Positions 53,435 to 62,020 of a stretch of 64,000 nucleotides of DNA are shown one piece after another. Both the position numbers and the translations under genes were made by a program. Each line of letters begins with the position of its first letter. Position 1 is the first letter of the stretch. Under the pieces are notes generated by a model that saw nothing but the letters and a program-made list of their open reading frames with translations, ran no database searches and was not told where the DNA came from. The stretch comes from Candidatus Poribacteria bacterium (GTDB taxonomy: Bacteria > Poribacteria > WGA-4E > PCPOR2b): positions 1,440,001 to 1,504,000 of the forward strand of contig OZ242326.1 of NCBI GenBank assembly GCA_965208325.1, written 5' to 3'.

Positions 53435-53520
53435 AACCCAATAGGAAGTAAAACCGTCGAGAGTCGCGGGTTTGACTCGCGATCGACACATTGAATTCGC
53501 TTCTTATTGGGTTTTCTTTT
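53435..53520 (+). terminator. Long stem-loop or terminator after rplL
   Basis: AACCCAATAGGAAG/CTTCTTATTGGGTT outer stem enclosing GTCGA..TCGCGGG/CTCGCGA.TCGAC, followed by TTCTTTT. Confidence 0.6.
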
Positions 53521-53544
53521 ACGTATGGAGTCGGTTCACCCACG

Positions 53545-54378
53545 ATGATTCACATTTTTTATCTTGTTTTTAGCCAATTGGCAGTCGGTGGTTTGGGGTT
53601 GCTGCTTATTATTCCCAAGGGTTTAGTTGGCCGCGGCTTTTACAGGCTGATGGGATCAATTTATCTCTTAGTCATGATCTTAACGCGTTTTGCAAACCTT
53701 GCGATTAACCGTCAACCAATCAGCCTCAAAAACTTCGTCTTCTCATGGAGTGGACACGATTCTGCATTCGTCGCCGCCTTCTTGTTTCTGACGTTAATTT
53801 ACACAATTAGCCTATGGATGAAATCTCAATTCATTAGTCGAGGCCTCCTATTCATTGCGACAATTTTGGGGGTCACGTGGATTGTCAACAGCGCCCAAGC
53901 CTACTTAGGTAAAATCGATCTGCCGGCGGAGGCATTCCTGTTGCCCCTTCAGTTTTTGGTTTCATCCGTTCTGCTTGGTGCGGTGAATAGCGGCATGTGG
54001 TTTGGCCATTGGTATCTCGTTACCCCGCGCCTGCCTGTCGTTCATTTAAAGAGATTTAATCTTATCTTTCTTGTTTCACTCGTCATCTCAATTGCCCTAT
54101 TTGCGCTTAACCTCTTTCTTAGATGGCAATCTGAGAACGCTACTCCGCTAACCCCATTTCATCATATTGTTTTTAGCCTCAGGCTGCTGGTTGGATTCGG
54201 CGGATCTGTCATACTGTATTTCATAACGTGGTACTGCCTGCGCGAAAAAGCGGTGGAACACGATGCCGTCGGCGCAACACGGGCTGCGACAGGTTTTCTT
54301 TATGTCGCTATGTTGACCGTGTTCACGGGTGAACTTTGTGGACGGCTGCTTTGTTTGGAAATTGGGTTTATATTGTGA
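53545..54378 (+). CDS. Polytopic membrane protein of unknown function (about 8 TMs, GHWYL motif)
   Basis: Hydrophobic helices, GMWFGHWYL..P, ATGFLYVA...GE. Confidence 0.8.
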   Translation: MIHIFYLVFSQLAVGGLGLLLIIPKGLVGRGFYRLMGSIYLLVMILTRFANLAINRQPISLKNFVFSWSGHDSAFVAAFLFLTLIYTISLWMKSQFISRGLLFIATILGVTWIVNSAQAYLGKIDLPAEAFLLPLQFLVSSVLLGAVNSGMWFGHWYLVTPRLPVVHLKRFNLIFLVSLVISIALFALNLFLRWQSENATPLTPFHHIVFSLRLLVGFGGSVILYFITWYCLREKAVEHDAVGATRAATGFLYVAMLTVFTGELCGRLLCLEIGFIL

Positions 54379-54418
54379 TTGGGCGAAGGGATAAAACCTT
54401 GGATGGAGTCGGAAAAGA

Positions 54419-56020
54419 TTACGGCAGAGATTTATTAAGTGTAGCATCAAGCCTATGAAGAGCAGCATCTTTGACGGTGGGATTTGATTTGTATCGGTAA
54501 TAATGGTTGAATACTTTGCTTACATGCCGTTCGGTTTGGCGCATTAACGGGACATCTTTTTTTACGCGGCCAGGGCCCGCATTGTATGCGGCAATTGCAA
54601 GCGCGAGGTTGCCATCGTACCGTTTTATCATACGGCTCAGATACCTAACGCCGGCTTCTAAGTTTTTGTGCGGATTAAAGCGTTCATCCGTTTGCGCATT
54701 TTGTGATGGCTTGCGTGGATTCCGATAATTTGGCACTTTCAATCCAAGTTCCCGACCTGTGAAAGACATCAACTGTGTAAGTCCAACCGCCCCTGACTTC
54801 GAAATCGCATTCGGCTGGAAGTTTGATTCTACCCGCACCATGGCGAGAACAAGTTCAAGCTCGACGCCGTAAACATTCGCAATCTTAACGGTTGAAGAAG
54901 TATCAGTGGCCGCATTGACCGTTACCGGTTGCCGCGTTTTCTCGCGGAGTGCTGGGCGCGCGGAGGATTGATGGGTGTTAGAGGTGGGTTCATCAGGGTT
55001 GGAGATGGATTGATTAGAGTTGAGGACGGATTGATTAGGGTTTGGAGTAGATTGATCGGTTTTGGTTTTCGGGAGAGGGCCAAATGTAGCGCCGACCGAA
55101 AGAATATGTTTATATTCCAGACTAGGCTGAGCCAAGTAAGCATAGTGGATTAGTTTGCCCCAGCGGTTAATAGAAAGGCCTAAACTCCAGTTTAACGGTT
55201 TTTCCGGCCTTCTAAAATCAACTGCTGAACCCAACCGAAAAGCGATGCCGTGCGCTCCCGTTTCCGCTCCCGCTTTAAACTTCCGTGCCGTCGCGTCCAA
55301 CATGCTATTCAACTGCAAATGCTTGAGGGGGGTCCACGACGCACCCAACGCAAACTGCGTATCATACGTCTCAAGAACATGTCCATTTCTGTCCGGAATC
55401 TTTACACCCGCAATGTCAAACCCGCTTGCGCCCAATATGAGATTTGGGGAAATTTTCACGATTAATCCCAAGTCATAATTCTGCTTCCATCTACTGCCGA
55501 GGTAAGGGGCGCGCCGATACCCGATATTTCCCCCAATCATCCAATTTGCGTTCAATGATCTCGCATAGGACAGGATGGCTTGATTACGCCCTCTCTCGAA
55601 AGTGCCGATTGGGTTGTTCGGATGGTCAAATAAGAAACGATCGTCACCCTTCAGATCCAGCAGGCTGAAACCAAACGTCCCAACGTTGTGATGAATTGGA
55701 TACCCAACAGAAAATGCGCCCTGAGAAAGATCGTAGATAAAGTTCCCCTGTTGCAGGCTCGCAATTCCCGCAGGATTCCATAACGCCCCTGTTGAATCAT
55801 CAACGCTGCTGATATAGGCGCCGCCCATCCCCAATGCCCGGGCTCCGATTTCAGGACGATCCGCAGCCACGGCGAATGAAGCGAACCATAGCGGTATGAG
55901 CGCGGCGCCAACCGTGAAATGATGACTACGCTTATGACAACTGAATGTAGCGAGCGCTATCCACGCTCTTGCCTTTCCACCGAATTTCAAAATGTAGATG
56001 AGGACCTGTTGCATGCCCAC
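54419..56020 (-). CDS. PorV/FadL-like beta-barrel fused to a soluble lytic transglycosylase (SLT) domain
   Basis: GARALGMGGAY...DD..G..WNPAG barrel start. VESNF.P.AIS..GA.GL.QLM, N...G.RYL and AAYNAG in the SLT domain. Start codon uncertain. Confidence 0.82.
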   Translation of the reverse strand: MGMQQVLIYILKFGGKARAWIALATFSCHKRSHHFTVGAALIPLWFASFAVAADRPEIGARALGMGGAYISSVDDSTGALWNPAGIASLQQGNFIYDLSQGAFSVGYPIHHNVGTFGFSLLDLKGDDRFLFDHPNNPIGTFERGRNQAILSYARSLNANWMIGGNIGYRRAPYLGSRWKQNYDLGLIVKISPNLILGASGFDIAGVKIPDRNGHVLETYDTQFALGASWTPLKHLQLNSMLDATARKFKAGAETGAHGIAFRLGSAVDFRRPEKPLNWSLGLSINRWGKLIHYAYLAQPSLEYKHILSVGATFGPLPKTKTDQSTPNPNQSVLNSNQSISNPDEPTSNTHQSSARPALREKTRQPVTVNAATDTSSTVKIANVYGVELELVLAMVRVESNFQPNAISKSGAVGLTQLMSFTGRELGLKVPNYRNPRKPSQNAQTDERFNPHKNLEAGVRYLSRMIKRYDGNLALAIAAYNAGPGRVKKDVPLMRQTERHVSKVFNHYYRYKSNPTVKDAALHRLDATLNKSLP

Positions 56021-56780
56021 TACTCCCGCTTAACCCAATAAACTGTCCACGTTTCACTCTCTGACCGGTTTTTACTCGAATGGCTGACAGGTGTCCATAC
56101 CATGTTGAATACCCGCCCGTATGTTCGATGACAACGATTCGCCCATATCCGCCGTCCCACTTCGCTCGAACGACTCTCCCACTTTTGGATGCGTAGACAC
56201 GTGTTCTCGGTTTGGCTCGGAAATCCGTGCCGTGGTGGAACCTCAACCTTTTACTAATGGGGTGGCGGCGGTAACCGTAATTAGAAGTAACCGTCAAACG
56301 CGTGCGCAGTGGGGCTCTGAAGCCGATTGCATGAGGACCGGGGATGAATAGCTTCTGCTTAGGCCGAATCAGGTGCGGAGATCGCAACTTGGGATTGGCG
56401 CTTCTTATGCTTGGCCACGAAACGTTGTGTTTGCGTGCAATTTCGGATAATGTGTCCCCTTGCTTAACTTTATACCAAGTGCCATCTTGCCGCTGGGAAG
56501 GTGCGACCCGGGGGATAAATAACTTTTTTCCAATGGGGAGGCGGCGTGCAGAAGGAATACGATTGTTGCTAAAAATGGACCGGACGGATACGTTGTATTT
56601 CTTCGCAATGCCCGATACGGTATCACCCTTACGTACCCGATGGTATAAACCCCATGCCTGAGACGCGGCTGCTAATGTTGATTCTGTCACAAGAAAGAAA
56701 ATCAGGATGGCGACGATTGCGCTTTTAAACGAAAAACGAGATCGCAAATAATGGCCGGCACTCGGTGAACACTCTTGCAT
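55932..56780 (-). CDS. Two LysM domains plus an M23 metallopeptidase
   Basis: Two 'V..GDT.S.IA.K.NVS' LysM repeats; HHGTDF, YGHLS, GPHLHFE. Confidence 0.95.
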   Translation of the reverse strand: MQECSPSAGHYLRSRFSFKSAIVAILIFFLVTESTLAAASQAWGLYHRVRKGDTVSGIAKKYNVSVRSIFSNNRIPSARRLPIGKKLFIPRVAPSQRQDGTWYKVKQGDTLSEIARKHNVSWPSIRSANPKLRSPHLIRPKQKLFIPGPHAIGFRAPLRTRLTVTSNYGYRRHPISKRLRFHHGTDFRAKPRTRVYASKSGRVVRAKWDGGYGRIVVIEHTGGYSTWYGHLSAIRVKTGQRVKRGQFIGLSGSSGHATGPHLHFEIRWKGKSVDSARYIQLS

Positions 56781-56944
56781 CTAATACTCCTTCATAACGG
56801 ATGGGTTTATGAAAAAATCGTTTGCTGAGACTCCTGGCGCGATTTTGCGATATGAGGGCCGCACTAAACCTCTAAAGATTCATTGGTACGGTGTCTCGCT
56901 CTCCCGCGAAATTGGTACTTCGTTTATACGAAAACGTCCGCAAA

Positions 56945-57433
56945 TTAACTCGGTGTGACTGTTAGCAATATCGTTTTGGTATCTGTAAGAACTTCGGTAT
57001 CGGTATCAACGCCTGATTCCTTAACCGAAATGACTTGGCTGACTCCTGTGGCAATCAGTTGTATGACTTCAACCTTGACTTCAAGGGAATCCAAAGACTT
57101 AGGCGCTGTCCAGAGCGCGCTGTGTTGGTTTACAACGGAAAGCTCTCCGTAACCTGTTACGTTCACCCAATTGAGTATTAGGTTTGTACCTCGAATTCCG
57201 TCAACGGTCGCCTTCAAGTTGACCGCCTCTCCCGTCTGTACAGTGCTTTTGCTCACCTCAACAGCAACGTTGAGTGATTGGTGATTTGCGTCTACCTGTG
57301 TCAAATTATCGGTGTCTTCTTCCGGTTCCTGCACTGGATTCTGAATGCTGCTTCCGCCGCAACCAACCAGCAATAAGACGAATCCCAATAATACGATATG
57401 TGAACAGATCGGTTGTTTGCATAAATTTATCAT
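56945..57433 (-). CDS. Hypothetical lipoprotein (Ig-like)
   Basis: Lipobox LLVG-C. AGGAGAGG RBS. Confidence 0.75.
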   Translation of the reverse strand: MINLCKQPICSHIVLLGFVLLLVGCGGSSIQNPVQEPEEDTDNLTQVDANHQSLNVAVEVSKSTVQTGEAVNLKATVDGIRGTNLILNWVNVTGYGELSVVNQHSALWTAPKSLDSLEVKVEVIQLIATGVSQVISVKESGVDTDTEVLTDTKTILLTVTPS

Positions 57434-57584
57434 TGTCCTCTCCTTGAGCGCGAAACTTGAAAGATTAAGATGTATTGAAAAAACGTCCCAATGATTCGTA
57501 AAGTTTCAATAAGACGCAGAGAGAACTCGTGCAAAATGCCAATCTTACTAACTGTTGCCGCGTACTGGTGTACAGGAAAAAAGG

Positions 57585-58262
57585 TCAGGTACGCTTCACA
57601 CAATAAACCGAAATGGTTGACAGGCGTTCTTCCGGAAACACGACGTAAACCTGTTTTTCATGCGAAAAACCACAAAACTCAAGTAGTTTCAAAAATCCGA
57701 CAGCGTTGCTTCGGCTCGGTTCCGAGATTATAGCTTCACCATCCGCGGCGAGATACGTCTGTAACACAGCGATGAGGGGTTGCCAGTTTTTTTCCTCGTA
57801 GATGAGATCTGATGCTAGGATGAATGAAAATTTTCCATTCACGCACGGCGCGTTCCAATCCATTTGGGCGAATGCCGCTCTGTCTTCATACCCATGCTGC
57901 CAAACGTTGTAACGAGCTAACAGTAATGCCTGTATTTCACAGTCGGTAAACAGTACCTTGCCGCCTTGCTGGCATCCCACAATTCCAGCGAGTCCTAATC
58001 CACAACCGACCTCCAAGATGCGCTGCCCCGCCAATCTCGCATCAAGATGAAGGTGGTGCGCTAAACCAATTGATGAAGACCACAGATATATCCAGTAAGG
58101 AAGATGTAGTGTTCCGTCATAATCCTCTCTACTTAATGTCTCAAGAAACGAATCCGGTTCCTCCACCACGGTCATAGACATCTGCCGAGATGGGAGTTGA
58201 ATGATTCGTTCGGTTAATGGAAAACGGTCTTCAATTTGTCGGAGAAAGTCGAGATTCTGCAT
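57585..58262 (-). CDS. Methyltransferase family 16 (METTL21-like protein-lysine methyltransferase)
   Basis: PYW.YLW.SS..LA, LEVGCGLGL.G, TD, DW, ILASDLIY. Confidence 0.85.
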   Translation of the reverse strand: MQNLDFLRQIEDRFPLTERIIQLPSRQMSMTVVEEPDSFLETLSREDYDGTLHLPYWIYLWSSSIGLAHHLHLDARLAGQRILEVGCGLGLAGIVGCQQGGKVLFTDCEIQALLLARYNVWQHGYEDRAAFAQMDWNAPCVNGKFSFILASDLIYEEKNWQPLIAVLQTYLAADGEAIISEPSRSNAVGFLKLLEFCGFSHEKQVYVVFPEERLSTISVYCVKRT

Positions 58263-58271
58263 GACCGTAGA

Positions 58272-58431
58272 ACGGACCGCGCTGAAATGCTACTAGATTG
58301 CGACTTGGAATAGCGTGAAAATCTTCACGCTCAATCCAGGACCCCGGTGAACTCTCATTCGTTCAAGGCAAAATGCACCCAGCACTCTGCAGAAGAACAG
58401 CTATTCAGTCAATCATGCACCTATCCCGTGC
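58272..58431 (-). ncRNA. Candidate 6S-like rod-shaped RNA
   Basis: About 160-nt irregular hairpin with a central bubble. Pairing needs G-U pairs that only work on the minus strand. Confidence 0.4.
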
Positions 58432-58469
58432 AATTCCGTGCTTGATGCTTCGCTCCAAAGCGGCGCTCT

Positions 58470-59141
58470 CTATACGAACGCGAACACGCGCGTCGGAGCT
58501 CCGGAACTGCGTACTAATTTCAGTGGTGCAATCACAACGTAAAAATTTGTGGGTGCAAGGCTCAGATTGCACAGATCTTCCACTTGCGGAATACCTGCGC
58601 CGAGAAAGGTGTGATGGGCGGGAAACTCTTCTGTCTGGTGTCCGGACATGGCATCAATGCTGCACGCGTCCGTACCAATAACCTTTATGCCTTTCTCTGT
58701 GAGCAGTTCAGCAGCATCACCGCTAAAGCCGATCCACTTACGATTGAAGATGTCCTGAAATGCATATCTGTCCATTCCGGTTCTCATAAATACGATGCTT
58801 CCCGGAGAAATATCCCCGTTCCTAGCCATCCAAGAATCAACATCTCTCGCATTTACGGCATCTTCCGGTTGCTTGGATTCAGAAAAATCCATCAAGACAG
58901 CGTGACCCGTCAACTTATCTTGAGGGATTTCGGCGATAGTATACCCATCGGCATACATCAGGCACGGAACGTCGATATGCGTGGAATAGTGGCCGGATAA
59001 GTCAACGCGGCTCTCAAAGTAACCGTCCTTCTCCATTGTTGCTGTGTCGTAAATTCTGGCAGGCTGGATTGGGAGTTCCCGCGGACTGTCTTCATCGACT
59101 GGGTAGGACAGATCGATGACCTTCTGAAAATTGATTTGCAT
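58470..59141 (-). CDS. Cyclase-family metal-dependent hydrolase (kynurenine formamidase-like)
   Basis: IDLS, H.STHID.P, RTG, GTD..SID, H..FL, EDL.NL, PLK....GAP.R. Confidence 0.9.
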   Translation of the reverse strand: MQINFQKVIDLSYPVDEDSPRELPIQPARIYDTATMEKDGYFESRVDLSGHYSTHIDVPCLMYADGYTIAEIPQDKLTGHAVLMDFSESKQPEDAVNARDVDSWMARNGDISPGSIVFMRTGMDRYAFQDIFNRKWIGFSGDAAELLTEKGIKVIGTDACSIDAMSGHQTEEFPAHHTFLGAGIPQVEDLCNLSLAPTNFYVVIAPLKLVRSSGAPTRVFAFV

Positions 59142-59394
59142 TTCTATTGGTACTCTACATTTATCAGCGTTTTCTCTTGAACAATTCGGTAGATTATAGC
59201 ACTGAATCGCTTCAAAATCAAGTCTGAAATCGCAATAAATTAAATTGCGGAGGTACTCTTTTCCGCTCTGAGAATCTCGCGGCAGAAGTAGCTTAAATTC
59301 AAAATTCGCCTATTGATTTTCGATGTCTCGTCAACCCGCCGCAAATTCAGATTCGGTGCATAATCGGCGGCGGCAAACCGCACGTGTTTCGCAC

Positions 59395-59423
59395 TTGACG
59401 GTCATGTACCGCCATGGTAAAAT
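59395..59423 (+). promoter_or_regulatory. Sigma70-type promoter
   Basis: TTGACG-17 nt-TAAAAT. Confidence 0.55.
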
Positions 59424-59538
59424 TCGGTTCTCTCTGCACACTGTAAAGTATACGGGTGGATTTAAAGTCTAGTTCTACGCGAGCATCTTTAACATAAGGT
59501 AAACTGGTTGTTGTTGTAAATGAGGAGGAATCACGTTC

Positions 59539-60663
59539 ATGGCATTGAAAGTCGCCGTGGTCGGTTTAAGCGGAATCGGTACTAACCATGCAACCTGTTA
59601 CGCAACCGACGAGTTGGCGGAGTTCGTAGCTGTCTGTGACGTTATCAAAGAGCGTGCGGACAGCGTGGCGGAGCAGTTCGGTGTGAATGCCTACTACAGT
59701 CTCAAGGAGATGCTGGAGTGCGAATCCGAGCTTGACATTGTCGATGTCAGCACGGGAGGGAATGAGAACGGCAGTTGGCATTACGAGCCGACTATGCAGG
59801 CGTTAGAGGCTGGCAAGCATGTTCTCGTCGAGAAACCGCTCTCCAATGATATTCACGAAGCACGGGAAATGGTCGCCAAAGCAGAAGAGCATAACGTCTA
59901 CTTAGGCTGCAACTTGAACCACTATTTCACACCTCCGGCAGATCGGGCGAAGCAGTATATTCGGGATGGTGAAGTGGGAGAACTTGTTTACTGCTTGCAT
60001 AAGATAGGGTTCCCCGGCAGCGAATCGACCTATCGTCCTCTAGACTCATCCAAAATTAAGGGCTTCCCGTATTTTCACATGAAAGCTTTTCTTTCCCACC
60101 CATTCAGTGTAATGCGGTATTTCTGCGGAGATGTTACACACGTGCAGGCATTTATCGGTAGGCCAAGCTTTCGCAAAAGTGCGGGCGATGTCATGTTGTC
60201 AATCAACAGCATTCACGTCAAATTTGCGAACAACTGCGTCGGATACCTTCTTAGCCAACGCGGCGACGCGACATTTGGCTTGGGGGGCTGGTGGAGTATT
60301 GAAGTGGGCGGAACCCGAGGCACGTTCTGCGTGGAAAATTGCATTGAGAAAGTAACATTCTGGCATGGCACCGGGACTGCCTCACAACCTGACAAATTGG
60401 ATGTCGGGGCATCATCAATGCCCACCGTTACAAATTCCGGTGTAAAGGACTTCGGACGGACTTTTCCCCTTAGAATTCAGGCTTTTCTGGAAGACATTAC
60501 AAATAATGTACATCAAGACCATCTCAGGGCATCCGGCAGGGATGCATTGGCAGCGCTAGAATACACATGGGCAGCCATGGAATCTTATGAACAAGGCGGT
60601 ATTCTCGTACGTCCCCATCCATTGCCTCCATTGCGCGGCAACGTCAAAAGTCATGCGGATTAG
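59539..60663 (+). CDS. Gfo/Idh/MocA family oxidoreductase
   Basis: KVAVVGL.GIG..H, AVCD, GKHVLVEKPL. GAGGAGG RBS. Confidence 0.93.
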   Translation: MALKVAVVGLSGIGTNHATCYATDELAEFVAVCDVIKERADSVAEQFGVNAYYSLKEMLECESELDIVDVSTGGNENGSWHYEPTMQALEAGKHVLVEKPLSNDIHEAREMVAKAEEHNVYLGCNLNHYFTPPADRAKQYIRDGEVGELVYCLHKIGFPGSESTYRPLDSSKIKGFPYFHMKAFLSHPFSVMRYFCGDVTHVQAFIGRPSFRKSAGDVMLSINSIHVKFANNCVGYLLSQRGDATFGLGGWWSIEVGGTRGTFCVENCIEKVTFWHGTGTASQPDKLDVGASSMPTVTNSGVKDFGRTFPLRIQAFLEDITNNVHQDHLRASGRDALAALEYTWAAMESYEQGGILVRPHPLPPLRGNVKSHAD

Positions 60664-60700
60664 CTGGCGAAATTCTAAAAAGTCCTGTTTTTGACATGCG

Positions 60701-61870
60701 TTATTCCCAATAAGGTGTTATCCATTCTTGCTTAACCGCCAAGCCGAATCCAGGGCCCTGGTTCGGTGCAATGTAGCTGTCCTTGGGTACCGTCTCGCCT
60801 TCAAACGGTTTTGTCTCTTCTAGCGGCACGCCGGGGGGTGTTCCCACGAAGTATTCTACCCAAGGTGTGTTGGGCATTGCAGCGGACAGATGAAGTCCAT
60901 ACTGCGTCAAACCGCCGCCGTGAAATATGACCGTCAGTCCGGCGGCATCCGCCATGTGGCAAATCTTTACGCATTCAGTAATCCCTCCAACCCAATAGAT
61001 GTCCGGTTGTAGAATGTCCAAACAGCCTCTTTCAATAAGCTGCTTGAAAGGCCACCGGGTGTATAGATGTTCGCCGCTAGCGAGAGACACCCAGTTTACG
61101 GCGTTTCGGACCTTAACGTGCCCATCAATATCTTCGGGGATGAGAAATTCTTCAATCCATTTCAGCCGGTAGGGCTTAAGCCGGCGCGCTAAGCGAATCG
61201 TATAATCGACATCGAAAGCCATGTAGCAATCAAGCATTATCTCGACACTATCACCAACAAACTCCCGCGTTTCAGCCACGAGTTTTTCGTTCGCGTTCAA
61301 TCCTGATAACCCGTCCGCGGGACCATAGGGGCACGCAAGTTTCACGGCTTTGAAGCCGAGTTCAATCTGCCAATCCGTGTCGTTGCCGGTCGCGTATGCG
61401 AAAATCCTATCTCGAACCGGTCCGCCTAACAGCTCATAAACCGGCTGGTTCTTGATTTTGCCGATTACATCCCAGAGGGCAAGATCTACCGCGCTCATTG
61501 CGCAGCTTGTCAAGCCAAGCGAACCGTAGGGTTTCGACATCCGGAACATCATATCCCAGATTTTCTCAATCGCGAAGCAGTTTTCACCGGCCAGCATCGG
61601 AGCGAAATGGCCGTCAATGATTGTCGCCACAGGGTTACCGAACGACGTTTGCCCGAGTCCCCACGTGCCGTCTTCAACGGTAACTTTCACAAAAACATCG
61701 CCCCATTTCGGCATCCAACGCGACCGGTGGCGTTTGAATCTGGGATATTTCGACATCGGGTTGGCAACCTCTGCGCTTTCGACCCAAGACGGGCGCCGCG
61801 GCGGCGTGTGCTTGTTGACGCGGGATGGAATGTTTAATTTAACAGCTTGAATCTCTTTAATCTTCATCAT
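60701..61870 (-). CDS. L-rhamnonate dehydratase-like enolase-superfamily enzyme
   Basis: EVANPMSKYP, SAVDLALWD, YATG, GFKAVKL.C.YGPADG, MLDCYM, WIEE, GEH, QPD..W.GG.TE. Confidence 0.85.
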   Translation of the reverse strand: MMKIKEIQAVKLNIPSRVNKHTPPRRPSWVESAEVANPMSKYPRFKRHRSRWMPKWGDVFVKVTVEDGTWGLGQTSFGNPVATIIDGHFAPMLAGENCFAIEKIWDMMFRMSKPYGSLGLTSCAMSAVDLALWDVIGKIKNQPVYELLGGPVRDRIFAYATGNDTDWQIELGFKAVKLACPYGPADGLSGLNANEKLVAETREFVGDSVEIMLDCYMAFDVDYTIRLARRLKPYRLKWIEEFLIPEDIDGHVKVRNAVNWVSLASGEHLYTRWPFKQLIERGCLDILQPDIYWVGGITECVKICHMADAAGLTVIFHGGGLTQYGLHLSAAMPNTPWVEYFVGTPPGVPLEETKPFEGETVPKDSYIAPNQGPGFGLAVKQEWITPYWE

Positions 61871-62020
61871 TTACTCCTGATGATAACTTGTTCAACAAAC
61901 AGCCGTCAAATGTTGACCATGCAGCACCCGCAACCCTGCCGTCTTTAAGATCGATCTCTGTTGCGTTTTATCACGGGAAACCGATGCATTCGGAGGTGGT
62001 TGAATGTGCGGCTATTTGCT

